Origin: an uncultured Verrucomicrobiae bacterium
GTDB taxonomy: Bacteria; Verrucomicrobiota; Verrucomicrobiia; Chthoniobacterales; JAFAMB01
Direction of reading: 5' to 3'
Assembly (NCBI GenBank): GCA_963762565.1
Contig: CAVXLD010000001.1
Location: 224,001 to 288,000, forward strand
DNA length: 64,000 bases
Numbering within the stretch: position 1 is the first letter of the stretch; each line of letters begins with the position of its first letter. Shown piece after piece: positions 29,542 through 39,774 of the stretch. Position numbers and translations under genes: made by a program. The notes beneath the pieces are model-generated. The model ran no database searches and was not told the DNA's origin. It saw nothing but the letters and a program-made list of their open reading frames with translations.

Positions 29542-30117
29542 ATGGCAGCGACACCTTCTATGATGGTAGAGCTAGGGCGCAAAGCTCCTGATTTTCACCT
29601 GCCGGATGTTGCAGATGGCAGGATGGTTAGCCTCTCCGATTTCGGTCCGGATCAGGCATTACTGGTGATGTTCATCTGCCGGCACTGTCCTTACGTTCTG
29701 CACGTGAAGCCGGAACTGGCCCGGCTCGCAACGGATTACCAGGAAAAAAGCGTCGGGATTGTCGGAATTAGCTCCAACGACGCTCAACATTATCCGGATG
29801 ACGCACCGGATAAGCTGGCTGAGCTGAGCCGGGATCTGGGCATTCCGGTTCTCTACGACGAAAGCCAATCCGTTGCCAAAGCGTACCAGGCCACTTGCAC
29901 ACCCGATTTTTTCGTGTTCGACGGAAATCGGACGCTGGTTTACCGGGGCCAGCTTGATGACAGCCGGCCCGGGAACAGCCGGCCGTTGAACGGCCGCGAT
30001 TTGCGGGCCGCTCTAGATGCAGTCTTAGCCGGACGCGTAGTCGACTCTACTCAGCGCGCCAGCATCGGTTGCAACATCAAATGGAAACCGGGGAACGCTC
30101 CCGATTATTTCCGTTGA
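29542..30117 (+). CDS. Thioredoxin-family (AhpC/TSA-like) protein
   Basis: APDFHLP, MFICRHCPYV, ATCTPDFF, YRGQLDD, SIGCNIKW. Confidence 0.88.
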   Translation: MAATPSMMVELGRKAPDFHLPDVADGRMVSLSDFGPDQALLVMFICRHCPYVLHVKPELARLATDYQEKSVGIVGISSNDAQHYPDDAPDKLAELSRDLGIPVLYDESQSVAKAYQATCTPDFFVFDGNRTLVYRGQLDDSRPGNSRPLNGRDLRAALDAVLAGRVVDSTQRASIGCNIKWKPGNAPDYFR

Positions 30118-30196
30118 CCCGCGCGGCCTTCGTTTAGGGGAGCCGGGTCAAATTCTTGGCCACGACCATTTGCGGGGAACGATTTGCTCCCAATAA

Positions 30197-30210
30197 TGTT
30201 CACTTGAACA
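30197..30210. promoter_or_regulatory. LexA (SOS) box, Verrucomicrobia type
   Basis: TGTTC-actt-GAACA, matching the reported Verrucomicrobia LexA motif TGTTC-N4-GAACA, just upstream of a DNA-repair-type radical SAM gene. Confidence 0.8.
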
Positions 30211-30236
30211 TATTTTACAGCCGTGCATGTTAACCC

Positions 30237-31322
30237 ATGCACTCGTCGCCACCGCCAAATCTTTCAGGCTGGGGTGAAAAGATCATGGGCCGCGGTTCAA
30301 GCATCAATCCAGTTAACCGCTTTGAACCATTGCATTATGATTTGGATGAATGGTGCGATCCGCCATCCCAGCCGCACATCCGCACTCAGCTTTTTCGCGA
30401 CGACACTCAGAGTATCATCGCGCGCAACCAAAGTCCGGATGTCGGTTTTGAAACCAGCATCAATCCGTATCGAGGATGTGAACACGGCTGTGCTTATTGC
30501 TACGCCAGGCCGACCCATGAATATTTAGGGTTCTCCGCCGGCATCGATTTCGAATCGAAAATACTGGTTAAGTTAAATGCCGCGACGCTGCTCGCGGCCG
30601 AATTAAATCGGCCTGGTTGGCAGCCGCAAACGGTGACCATGAGCGGCGTAACGGATTGTTATCAGCCAATCGAACGCAAACTGAAGATCACGCGTTCCTG
30701 TCTGCAGGTGCTGGCCGATTTCCGCAATCCAACCTTCATCGTCACCAAAAACCATCTGGTCACCCGGGACATTGATTTGCTCGCAAGCCTGGCTGCACAC
30801 AGAGCGGCCGGAGTCACGGTCTCAGTAACCACGCTGGACGCCGGTTTGGCTCAAAAGCTCGAACCACGAGCATCGAATCCGCGGTCACGCCTGGCCGCGA
30901 TCCGGGAGCTAGCGAGCGCTAACATCCCGGTTGGCGTTAACGTCGCTCCGATTATCCCGGGTTTAACCGACCATGAAATACCGAGCATTCTGACCGCCGC
31001 GGGTGAGGCCGGCGCCCAATTCGCCTATTACACGATTGTGCGTCTACCCATGGCGGTATCGACGATCTTCATTAACTGGCTGGAAACCCACTTCCCGGAT
31101 CGCAAAAATACGGTTCTTCGCCGGATTCAGTCGATGCGCGGCGGGAAACTAAACGAATCGGTATTCGGCAAACGGATGCGCGGGGAAGGGATCCTGGCCG
31201 ACCAGATCCGCCGGATTTTCGAAGTTGGCTGCCGCCGGGCCGGCATAAAACAGGATCATGTGGAGCTCAGTACAGAGGCGTTTCGAAGGATAGAACCGAA
31301 CCAGCTAGGATTGGATCTGTAA
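30237..31322 (+). CDS. PA0069/SplB-like radical SAM protein
   Basis: NPYRGCEHGCAYCYARPTH (CxxxCxxC), TDCYQP, LEPRA; start 30237 or 30285. Confidence 0.9.
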   Translation: MHSSPPPNLSGWGEKIMGRGSSINPVNRFEPLHYDLDEWCDPPSQPHIRTQLFRDDTQSIIARNQSPDVGFETSINPYRGCEHGCAYCYARPTHEYLGFSAGIDFESKILVKLNAATLLAAELNRPGWQPQTVTMSGVTDCYQPIERKLKITRSCLQVLADFRNPTFIVTKNHLVTRDIDLLASLAAHRAAGVTVSVTTLDAGLAQKLEPRASNPRSRLAAIRELASANIPVGVNVAPIIPGLTDHEIPSILTAAGEAGAQFAYYTIVRLPMAVSTIFINWLETHFPDRKNTVLRRIQSMRGGKLNESVFGKRMRGEGILADQIRRIFEVGCRRAGIKQDHVELSTEAFRRIEPNQLGLDL

Positions 31323-31330
31323 CCTCGGAT

Positions 31331-31480
31331 TGGTGAGCGAGGCTCCGGCACGACAAAATGCATTGCCAAACCCAGCGATAGGCCCGGCTCGGCGAGCTGT
31401 GCAGCGTTGCACCGGTCAAGTAGGGGCAGCATAGCGGCTTTGCGAAAATCGATCGGTCGTTCGGGAGCCTCGCCCTACCA
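31331..31480. repeat. Family D element (degenerate left half)
   Basis: tggtgagcgaggctccgg...cggctcggcg...ttcgggagcctcgccctacca. Confidence 0.75.
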
Positions 31481-31528
31481 CGCTCGTTGACGGCGTCGTG
31501 TTGCCATGCATACCTGACCCTTCGTCCT

Positions 31529-32518
31529 ATGCATCAAAAGCTGCGGCCATCCCATCATGTTTCGGCGACAGCAGGGTTAACGCTCGCGTGCCTTTTTTGG
31601 GGGCTCAGTTTTCCGGCCAGCAAAGCATTGACGTTCCTCTATCTGAAAGCGATCCCGGCAGAATCGAGTTGGTTCGTAGTCGGCTTACAAGGAGCCCTGC
31701 GTTTCGGTATCGCCGGCCTGATCATGGTTCTGCTCAGTTGGCGAGAACTGTCGTCGTTGAACAGGCGCGAGCTAGGTCAAGGACTCTGGCTCGGGCTATT
31801 TGGAGGAACCGGCTTGATCTTTCAAATCGATGGCTTGGCATATACTCCTGCCTCAACTTCGTCTTTCCTCACCCAGACTTATTGTATTTTGGTCCCGCTT
31901 TACCATGCCGTCGCCGCTCGACGTCTCCCGCGACCAGTGCAACTGCTGGCCACGGCCGGCGTGGTCGCTGGCATCGTCGTCCTGAGCAAGATCGACTGGG
32001 GCCATTTCCGGATGGGCCGCGGCGAGCTTGAAACCTTAATTAGTACGTTATTTTTCACCGGCCAGATTCTGGTGTTAGACTCCGCCCAGTACTTCCAGAA
32101 CCGGACGAAGGTGGTTTCCTCGATAATGTTCCTGACCACCGGACTGGTTTTTACTCTGGTCCTTATTCTATCAAACCATTCTTTCAGCAGTTACCAAGCA
32201 GCCGCTCGCGTAGAAGGACAATTCTACCTCCTGGCGATTTTGATCTTCTTTTGCACTCTATTGGCTTTCAACCTGATGAATCGCTGCCAAAAATATATCC
32301 CGGCGAGTGAGGCGGCTTTGATTTACACCATGGAACCGGTTTCCACTTCTGTGTTCGCGACCTTCCTACCCGCCTGGCTATCCCATCTGGTTGGTATTCG
32401 GTATGAGAACGAACAAGTCTCAGTAAGCCTGCTGATTGGGGGTGGCCTGATTCTAGCCGCTAATTTAGTGATGCAAATCTGGGGGCATACTCGCATCGCC
32501 CACGCTGGAGAAACTTGA
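31529..32518 (+). CDS. DMT/EamA family transporter
   Basis: About 10 TM helices; FWGLSFP, GLAYTPAS, AALIYTMEPV. Confidence 0.85.
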   Translation: MHQKLRPSHHVSATAGLTLACLFWGLSFPASKALTFLYLKAIPAESSWFVVGLQGALRFGIAGLIMVLLSWRELSSLNRRELGQGLWLGLFGGTGLIFQIDGLAYTPASTSSFLTQTYCILVPLYHAVAARRLPRPVQLLATAGVVAGIVVLSKIDWGHFRMGRGELETLISTLFFTGQILVLDSAQYFQNRTKVVSSIMFLTTGLVFTLVLILSNHSFSSYQAAARVEGQFYLLAILIFFCTLLAFNLMNRCQKYIPASEAALIYTMEPVSTSVFATFLPAWLSHLVGIRYENEQVSVSLLIGGGLILAANLVMQIWGHTRIAHAGET

Positions 32519-32549
32519 CAGCCCGGTCCAGCCGAATCCAAACTGCACT

Positions 32550-33590
32550 ATGCGCCGCTGTTACCTTCTGCTCGCCTTAACCGGGTTCGCCATCAACTGC
32601 CTTGGCCAAGACAGTTCCGATTGGTCGAAAGTGATGGAAGCCGAAAAACAACGCGAGGAAAAACCGGCGGTCGGGCAAAATGCTGTAGAATTTTACGCAG
32701 GACGCGAGAAGGCACTTCACGATGCGGCGGCAGATTTTCTGGCGAAGCATCCAGACGATCCCAACGCAGCTAAGGCTCTGCTGTGGAAAATTGATAACAC
32801 CGCTTTTTCCGGGCCCGCTGAGGAAAGAACGACTCTTCTAGCAAATCTCTCTAGCGAGACTGATGCTTTCTTTAAGGCTCATCCCCAACCGGCAGCTACC
32901 GAAACGCAGATTCGAGAAACGTTGCTCTACTGTTATTTGGACAACGACGATCTGATTCACACCCCGCAACAGGCTGGGGATCTGGCAGCCAAGATCGCCC
33001 AGTTCCTGGCAACCTATCCTGAAGCCGAGAAGCGGGTAAAACTGCAAATTGTTGAGTCAAGCATGCTGCTAAAGGCAGATCAGGCCAAAGGGATAGAATT
33101 TCTGGAGCAATTGAGTAAAGACTCGAACCCTGAGCTGGCTGAGGCAGCGAACGCCGCTCTGGTGAAAGCTCGCCTAGTCGGGAGCAAGCTCGACCTTTCA
33201 TTTGTTGATACCAAGGGGCAAAATGTTGATTTGAGCCAGCTCTCCGGAAAGGTCGTACTCATCGATTTCTGGGCATCATGGTGCCCGGATTGCGCAAGGG
33301 AGATGCCCCAGGTACAACAGGTCTATCGGGATTTTGAGTCGAAAGGGTTTGCGATCCTGGGTGTTTCTTTGGACAAAGATCGGCGCGCGATGGACAACTA
33401 CATTGCTAAACATTTGATTCCCTGGCCTCAATATTTTGACGGAAAAGGTTGGAAGAACGATCTGGTGACGAAGTACTCCGTTCACGAGATTCCGGAGATG
33501 TGGATCATCAATAAAAAGGGTGTCGTGGAGACCACGGCCGCGGATGTCACCCAATTGGCCTCCACCGTGCAACGCCTGGTAGCGGAATAG
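32550..33590 (+). CDS. TlpA-like thiol-disulfide oxidoreductase with helical N-terminal extension
   Basis: GKVVLIDFWASWCPDC, LGVSLD; signal peptide. Confidence 0.88.
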   Translation: MRRCYLLLALTGFAINCLGQDSSDWSKVMEAEKQREEKPAVGQNAVEFYAGREKALHDAAADFLAKHPDDPNAAKALLWKIDNTAFSGPAEERTTLLANLSSETDAFFKAHPQPAATETQIRETLLYCYLDNDDLIHTPQQAGDLAAKIAQFLATYPEAEKRVKLQIVESSMLLKADQAKGIEFLEQLSKDSNPELAEAANAALVKARLVGSKLDLSFVDTKGQNVDLSQLSGKVVLIDFWASWCPDCAREMPQVQQVYRDFESKGFAILGVSLDKDRRAMDNYIAKHLIPWPQYFDGKGWKNDLVTKYSVHEIPEMWIINKKGVVETTAADVTQLASTVQRLVAE

Positions 33591-33602
33591 TACGGCGTGA
33601 AC

Positions 33603-34472
33603 ATGAGCGAGCGGCCTGCTGCCATCGGTGTCATTGGAGGAAGCGGTCTTTATCAGATGGGAGGCTTGGACTCGCCCACAGAGATAGAGGTCGATACTCC
33701 CTTTGGAAAACCCTCCGACTCGATCGTGGGCGGGATCTTAGGAGGCCGTCCGATCTATTTTTTACCCCGGCACGGAAGAGGCCATCGGATCTTGCCGAGC
33801 GAGTTGAATCATCGAGCAAACGTATTTGCGCTGCGGTCTCTGAACGTTCGGTGGCTCATCAGTTTCGGCGCCGTAGGCAGCCTTCAAGAGAACTACCATC
33901 CTCGTGACATTTTACTGCCGTCTCAATTCTTTGATCGAACCAGTCAAAGAGCCTCGTGGACCTTTTTCGGGGAAGGCATCGTTGCCCACGTTTCCTTCGC
34001 GGATCCAGTGAGCTCAAAGCTGAGGGCAATTACCGCAGAGGCAGCCCGGGCGGTGGGTTGCCGTGTTCATGATGGCGGCACCTACGTCAACATGGATGGC
34101 CCCGCTTTTTCAACTCGAGCCGAGTCTGAATTCCATCGAAAAATGGGATTCGATGTGATCGGTATGACGAACCTGCCCGAGGCAAAACTTGCCCGTGAAG
34201 CAGAAATGGCCTTTGTAGCAATCAGTCTAGTGACAGACTACGATTGCTGGAAAGTTGACGTTGAGCCGGTAACGGCGGAAACGATAATCGGCCATCTGCT
34301 GGCGAATGCTGATGCCGCTCGACAGATTACTTCGAAAGTGGTTGCACAGATTCCGGAAGAGCCAAATTGGCCGGAGCATCGGGCATTGGATTCCGCTCTA
34401 GTTACTGATCGGAAACTTTGGCCGCCCGCCACGGTTAGAAAGTTAGAAGTTATCTTGAAACGATTTTTGTGA
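33603..34472 (+). CDS. mtnP: S-methyl-5'-thioadenosine phosphorylase
   Basis: IGGSGLY, LPRHGRGH, GPAFSTRAES, GMTNLPEAKLAREA, VTDYDCW. Confidence 0.93.
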   Translation: MSERPAAIGVIGGSGLYQMGGLDSPTEIEVDTPFGKPSDSIVGGILGGRPIYFLPRHGRGHRILPSELNHRANVFALRSLNVRWLISFGAVGSLQENYHPRDILLPSQFFDRTSQRASWTFFGEGIVAHVSFADPVSSKLRAITAEAARAVGCRVHDGGTYVNMDGPAFSTRAESEFHRKMGFDVIGMTNLPEAKLAREAEMAFVAISLVTDYDCWKVDVEPVTAETIIGHLLANADAARQITSKVVAQIPEEPNWPEHRALDSALVTDRKLWPPATVRKLEVILKRFL

Positions 34473-34474
34473 AA

Positions 34475-35311
34475 ATGCGTTATCTCTTGGGTTGGTTTTT
34501 CGTGCTTTTTAGCATGGTCTCTTGGGCTGCGGCTGAAGACACGACGGTGGCGAGTCCAAGTCCGTCCCCGTCACCAGTATCAACACCTGAAGCTCCAGCC
34601 GCCGAGGTAAAACCGGCGACCTGGTTCAGCGTGCACGTCGACGGTCCTTACATCGCGATGACTTTCGATGATGGACCCAGTGCGGAAACCACTCCTCGAC
34701 TGCTGGACATTCTTAAACAACGAAATCTCAAAGTCACTTTCTTCGAGATCGGTCAAAACGCCGAACGCAATCCGGCGATCGTTAAACGAATTCTGGCGGA
34801 AGGGCATGAGATCGGGAATCACTCGTGGACGCACCCCCAGCTGTCGAAGTTGTCCGACGAGCGCGTCACTGAAGAGATCACCAAGACCCAAGACGCGATC
34901 AAAAACGCATCCGGTTCCGGCTATACCCCAACTCTGTTACGCCCGCCGTATGGCGCCATCACTGCCCGGCAGAAGGAGTGGATCGAAAAACAGTTTGGCT
35001 TGAGCATCATCATGTGGTCCGTGGATCCCTTCGACTGGAAACGGCCCGGAGAATCAGTGATCGAGCAACGGATTTTGGCCGGCGCACGACCCGGTGCGAT
35101 CATACTTTCCCACGATATCCACAAACAGACCGTTGATGCGATGCCAGCTACATTAGATGCGCTGATAGCCAAGGGATTCAAGTTCGTGACCGTCAGTCAA
35201 TTGATTGCGATGAACACACCCAAGAGCAGCGTCACCCCAAGTCCGCGGCCGTCAGCCAGTCCTCACGCAAGTCCGGTGAAAAAAAAGGCTAGACTGGCGG
35301 CGGGGAACTAG
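34475..35311 (+). CDS. Polysaccharide deacetylase (NodB / CE4)
   Basis: TFDDGP, HEIGNHSWTH, RPPYG, DW, LSHD motifs; signal peptide. Confidence 0.92.
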   Translation: MRYLLGWFFVLFSMVSWAAAEDTTVASPSPSPSPVSTPEAPAAEVKPATWFSVHVDGPYIAMTFDDGPSAETTPRLLDILKQRNLKVTFFEIGQNAERNPAIVKRILAEGHEIGNHSWTHPQLSKLSDERVTEEITKTQDAIKNASGSGYTPTLLRPPYGAITARQKEWIEKQFGLSIIMWSVDPFDWKRPGESVIEQRILAGARPGAIILSHDIHKQTVDAMPATLDALIAKGFKFVTVSQLIAMNTPKSSVTPSPRPSASPHASPVKKKARLAAGN

Positions 35312-35320
35312 AGGGTTTTT

Positions 35321-35602
35321 GGTAGGGCGAGGCTCCCGAACATCCCGACATCTTCGCAACGCCGGGGATGATCTTCTACCAGTGTATTAACGTGGCCGAT
35401 CAGCGCGCCGAGCCGTTGGTCCCAGCGAGTTCCATGACCCACAAGAACGGATCGAAGGTTTTTAAAAGTTCTCGCACGTCGAAGCGGTTAAATCAGCGCT
35501 GGGTAAATCGGCTCGGCGGGCAGACCGGGGCTGGACGCGTTTAATCCAAAAAATCACGGGCCCTGCGAAAGTGCATTCGTAATTCGGGAGCCTCGCCCTA
35601 CC
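35321..35602. repeat. Family D element
   Basis: ggtagggcgaggctcccgaa ... ttcgggagcctcgccctacc perfect 20-bp IR with inner gccgagccg/cggctcggc pair. Confidence 0.9.
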
Positions 35603-35655
35603 CCCCTCGCAGAGTCCTAGCTAACCAGGACGATTCTGCTACCATAGCCGCATCA

Positions 35656-37377
35656 ATGGTAGTGGAGACATATCTCGAGGCTCGTGCTCGGCTCGCTGGT
35701 GTCGTAGGGAACTTGGTTTCTCTCGCCAGAGAGACCGATGAAAGCCAGGAGACGATCGAAACGCTCCAGACTCTCTCGCGCAGTCTGGCGGATCCGCTTC
35801 TTTTTGTTGTGGTAGGCGAAGTGAAGGCAGGCAAATCGTCTTTGCTGAACGCGGTTTTTGGACAGGAATTTTGCAAAGTCGACGTGCTGCCTGCCACCGA
35901 TAAGATCTACGTCTTCAAGTACGGAGAGAAAGACCATGATGTGCCGGTATCGGATCATCTGACCGAGCGTTACCGCCCAATCCCGTTTTTGAAGAATTTC
36001 AACATCGTCGACACGCCGGGCACGAATACCATCGTGGCCAGCCACCATGAAATCACGACCAGCTATGTTCCACTGGCGGACTTGATCGTGTTCGTTTTCT
36101 CCGTGGTGAATCCGTGGGCTGCCTCAGCTTGGGAATTTCTTCGGCTGCTTGGGAATCGATGGAAGAAAAACATCGTGTTTGTATTACAACAGGCGGATCT
36201 ACGTTCGCCGGAAGAAGTCCAGGTCATTATCAAACACCTTGACCAGACCGTTCTTCAGATATTGGGCTCGAGCCGGCCGATTTTCGCGGTTGCTGCAAAG
36301 AAGGCCCTTAAGGCTAAGCTCATCTCGAATCCGCCCGAAGAGCCACTTTGGCAGGAAAGCAACTTTGCTGTCCTGGAGAATTGGATTTCTGAGACGGTAA
36401 CTCAAAGCGAGGAACGAGGCGGCAAGCTGCGGTCGACAGCTCAAACCGCCCAGGTTGTCGCCAATTCGATCCAGGTCCGTCTGCAAAGCTCTTTGGACCT
36501 CCTGAAATCAGATCAGGAAAAGTTGGGGACGATTCGTCGATCACTGGAGGCGCGAAAAGGGCAAACCCTTCGCCAAGTGGGCGGTTTTATCCGGGAAATG
36601 GAAATGGCTTACGATAACTGCCGTGAGCGGGGTGAGAAGCTGCTCGAGGAACGCCTCAGCCTGACCCAAACGTTCAAAATGATTTTTTCCGGCGGCCGTT
36701 GGGAAAAGGACTTTCAGGACCAAGTGGAACGCGATGTCAGGACCAAGGTACAAGAACAGATCGAACACGCGCTCGGGCTGCTCGAGTCGGATCTGCGCGG
36801 TATTTGGCAGGACTTACAGGAACGAGTTCAAGTTCAATTCGATAGCGACAGCAAACGACAGGTACGTCCAGCGTTGCCCGGGTTCCTAAGCCAGCGGGGA
36901 ATCATATTGCAAAAACTCCAACTAACCCTCCTCGAGCAAACCTCGGACGCGAAGATCAAAGAGCAGCTGCAGAGCTGGTTTGGCGAGACCGCTCGTTGGC
37001 TCCGGGTTCCAGCCGGGGTCGCTGCTGCTGGCGGAGTCTTTACCGTCATTGCTGCCCTGGCGCACGCCGCGATTCTAGACGTAACCGGGACGGTCGCCGG
37101 CGTCGCAGCAGCAGCCGGAACATTGTATGCCGTCCTGAGGCGTCGCCATATTTTGAGGGAATACCGCTTACGGATGAATGAGAAACGAACCCAACTTTCG
37201 GAGGCCGTTGAGACACAACTGCGTAACGCCATCACGGCCTTCTACCATGAGATCGGTACTACGTTCGATCCGTTAGAGAGTTTCTGTATCGCCGAAGCGC
37301 ACCGCATTTTGCCGTTACGAGAACGGGTGGATGAGATTGAGCGCTCATTGGTGGAGCTCAAGCAAATGACCGGGTGA
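35656..37377 (+). CDS. Dynamin-like GTPase family protein
   Basis: G1 GEVKAGKSS, DTPG, C-terminal hydrophobic hairpin within helical bundle. Confidence 0.82.
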   Translation: MVVETYLEARARLAGVVGNLVSLARETDESQETIETLQTLSRSLADPLLFVVVGEVKAGKSSLLNAVFGQEFCKVDVLPATDKIYVFKYGEKDHDVPVSDHLTERYRPIPFLKNFNIVDTPGTNTIVASHHEITTSYVPLADLIVFVFSVVNPWAASAWEFLRLLGNRWKKNIVFVLQQADLRSPEEVQVIIKHLDQTVLQILGSSRPIFAVAAKKALKAKLISNPPEEPLWQESNFAVLENWISETVTQSEERGGKLRSTAQTAQVVANSIQVRLQSSLDLLKSDQEKLGTIRRSLEARKGQTLRQVGGFIREMEMAYDNCRERGEKLLEERLSLTQTFKMIFSGGRWEKDFQDQVERDVRTKVQEQIEHALGLLESDLRGIWQDLQERVQVQFDSDSKRQVRPALPGFLSQRGIILQKLQLTLLEQTSDAKIKEQLQSWFGETARWLRVPAGVAAAGGVFTVIAALAHAAILDVTGTVAGVAAAAGTLYAVLRRRHILREYRLRMNEKRTQLSEAVETQLRNAITAFYHEIGTTFDPLESFCIAEAHRILPLRERVDEIERSLVELKQMTG

Positions 37378-37409
37378 TGTAGACATGGACCCGGAAGGGG
37401 GAGACACCC

Positions 37410-37697
37410 GGAGGGGAGCCGCTTTGTCAGACGCTAGCTGTGTTCGGTCGGCAGCAGGCGGCTCCCGGGAATAGCCCAGCGCGTTCTATTTATCCAGCGC
37501 CTACTTCGTTGAAGCACCGACACGGACAGAGCCTATAGAGCTGGATTACCTGGCAGACGTTACCGGGAGCCGCCTGCAAGCAACCGATAGACCTGCCAAC
37601 TTACAAAGCGGCTCCCCTCCGGCGCCGCGTCGCCGATACGCCCATTCGCCCTTTCGCCCGTTCGCCGATACGCCCACACGCCGACACGCCCATACCC
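37410..37697. repeat. Family C doublet, copy 3 (37410-37620), followed by an octamer tandem (cgccgata/cgcccatt)
   Basis: Conserved C blocks, then cgccgatacgcccattcgccctttcgcccgttcgccgatacgcccacacgccgacacgccc. Confidence 0.88.
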
Positions 37698-37756
37698 CCC
37701 AGCTACCTCTGGACGCCACGTGCCCATTATGGCAGGCTCCGCCGCAACATTCCTTC

Positions 37757-38620
37757 ATGAGTCGCTTTTTGCGTAGACTGGTCAGCGCCGTCGCTATGTG
37801 GGCGATCGCCTTGGCAGTTGTTTCCACCGGAAACGAAGTCGTTTTCTTTCTCCTGATCGCCGGGCTGGGGCTGGCCGGGCTTTGGGAATACTTCGTAATG
37901 ATCGAGAAATCCGGGATGCGCTGCTTCAAAGCATTCGGCATCTGCTGCGGAGCAGCTTATTTCATCGGAAGTTTCCTATTCTTCCGATCGAATGGAGCTG
38001 ACGCTGACTATAACTTCGAGACCCTGGTGCTCTTGGTATTCTTGTTCGGCGTTTTTGCCCGGCAGATGTTTCGGCCGAGCACGAAGCAAGCACCGCTGGA
38101 AACGATGGCATACACCTTGTTCGGGTTGCTTTACGTCTCCTGGTTATTCAATTTTTTGACGAAGATCATTTACGTAGTTCCGCGAGACCCGAACGGCCAT
38201 ACGGTTGGCCAATTCTACGTCATTTATCTTGTAATCGTAACGAAGTTCAGTGATATGGGCGCGTATCTCGTCGGCAGCAAGATCGGACGTCATCTGATGG
38301 TTCCGCATATCAGCCCGGCCAAAACCTGGGAAGGGTTCATCGGCTCACTGGTATTTGCGGCGCTGGGAAGCTGTTTATCGCTTCTGGTGCTACCCCATGA
38401 GTTGCACGCGCTGAACTGGTTACACGCATTGCTCCTGGGCATGCTGATTGGCTTAGCTGCCGTGGTCGGCGATCTCGGTGAATCGATCTTGAAAAGAAGT
38501 ACCGGTGTGAAAGACTCCGGTTCTGTGTTGCCCGGAATCGGCGGTGTGCTAGACCTGATCGATAGCCTCTTGTTTACAGGTCCTTTGCTTTACTTTTATC
38601 TTAGGCTCTTAGCCCAATGA
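37757..38620 (+). CDS. cdsA: Phosphatidate cytidylyltransferase
   Basis: SDMGAY, ISPAKTWEG, GDLGES.LKR..GVKDSG..LPG.GGVLD. Confidence 0.93.
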   Translation: MSRFLRRLVSAVAMWAIALAVVSTGNEVVFFLLIAGLGLAGLWEYFVMIEKSGMRCFKAFGICCGAAYFIGSFLFFRSNGADADYNFETLVLLVFLFGVFARQMFRPSTKQAPLETMAYTLFGLLYVSWLFNFLTKIIYVVPRDPNGHTVGQFYVIYLVIVTKFSDMGAYLVGSKIGRHLMVPHISPAKTWEGFIGSLVFAALGSCLSLLVLPHELHALNWLHALLLGMLIGLAAVVGDLGESILKRSTGVKDSGSVLPGIGGVLDLIDSLLFTGPLLYFYLRLLAQ

Positions 38621-39771
38621 GAAAACGCCGAGTCATTCTCCTAGGCGCTACCGGGTCGATTGGGTCTAGTGCCATCAAAGTCGCGGAAACCATTCCCGAT
38701 CGAATGCAGATCGTCGGCATGGCGGCCAAGCGCAATGCCCGGCTGTTAGCTCAAGCCGCGAACCGCGCCCGCCCGGAGGCAATTTGTTTGGTCGACGAAG
38801 CTCACCTGGATGAACTACGATCCTGTTTGGATTATTCGCCGGAAATTCTTACCGGTGAGCTGGGCCTGGAAACGCTTGCGCGCAGCGGCGGTGCGGACCT
38901 GGTACTAGTCGCGATCGTCGGTACTACTGGATTAAAGCCCGCTCTGGCCGCGATTGAGACGGGAAAAGACCTCGCCGTCGCAAGCAAAGAGATTCTGGTC
39001 ATGGCTGGCGAGACTGTGATGACCCAGGCCGGCCAAAAAGGCATAAAAGTGCTGCCTGTGGATAGTGAGCACAACGCGATTTTCCAATGTTTGGAAGGTA
39101 AACCAAAGCATGAAATCAGAAGTCTTATTTTGACGGCCTCCGGCGGGCCATTCCGGACATTGAGCTCGGAACGCCTGGCATCCGTGACCGTCGCTGATGC
39201 TCTCAATCATCCAACCTGGAAGATGGGCCGTAAAATCAGTATCGATTCGGCGACCCTCTTCAACAAGGGACTCGAGATGATCGAGGCGCGTTGGCTTTTC
39301 GACATCCCCATGGCTCAAGTCCAAGTTCTGGTTCACCCGCAAAGTATCGTGCACTCGATGGTCGAGTTTGTAGACGGTTCATTGCTGGCACAATTGAGCC
39401 ATTCTGACATGTGTTTCCCGATCCAATACGCCGTTACCTGGCCTGACCGGGTTCCTAACGCCTTGAAACCGCTCCGACTGGCCGAGCTTGGACGCCTGGA
39501 GTTTGAAGAACCGCGCTATGACGATTTCCCAGCCTTGCGGCTTGCAAGACAGGCGGGCGAGAACGGAGGAACCATGCCCGCCGTTTTGAATGCCGCCAAT
39601 GAAATTGCCGTCGAAGCGTTTTTGGAAGGCCGGATTACTTTCCCGCGGATCTGGTCTTTGGTTGAGAACGCAATGAATCGATCGGACAATTTTGCCAGAC
39701 CAAGCCTGGATGATATAATCCAGGCTGACGGCAAGGCCCGCGATTCGGTTCGGGAGGCGTTGGCGCAATAG
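38617..39771 (+). CDS. dxr: 1-deoxy-D-xylulose-5-phosphate reductoisomerase
   Basis: LGATGSIG, LPVDSEHNAIFQ, TASGGPF, NKGLEMIEA, LNAANE. Confidence 0.97.
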   Translation: MRKRRVILLGATGSIGSSAIKVAETIPDRMQIVGMAAKRNARLLAQAANRARPEAICLVDEAHLDELRSCLDYSPEILTGELGLETLARSGGADLVLVAIVGTTGLKPALAAIETGKDLAVASKEILVMAGETVMTQAGQKGIKVLPVDSEHNAIFQCLEGKPKHEIRSLILTASGGPFRTLSSERLASVTVADALNHPTWKMGRKISIDSATLFNKGLEMIEARWLFDIPMAQVQVLVHPQSIVHSMVEFVDGSLLAQLSHSDMCFPIQYAVTWPDRVPNALKPLRLAELGRLEFEEPRYDDFPALRLARQAGENGGTMPAVLNAANEIAVEAFLEGRITFPRIWSLVENAMNRSDNFARPSLDDIIQADGKARDSVREALAQ

Positions 39772-39774
39772 AAT

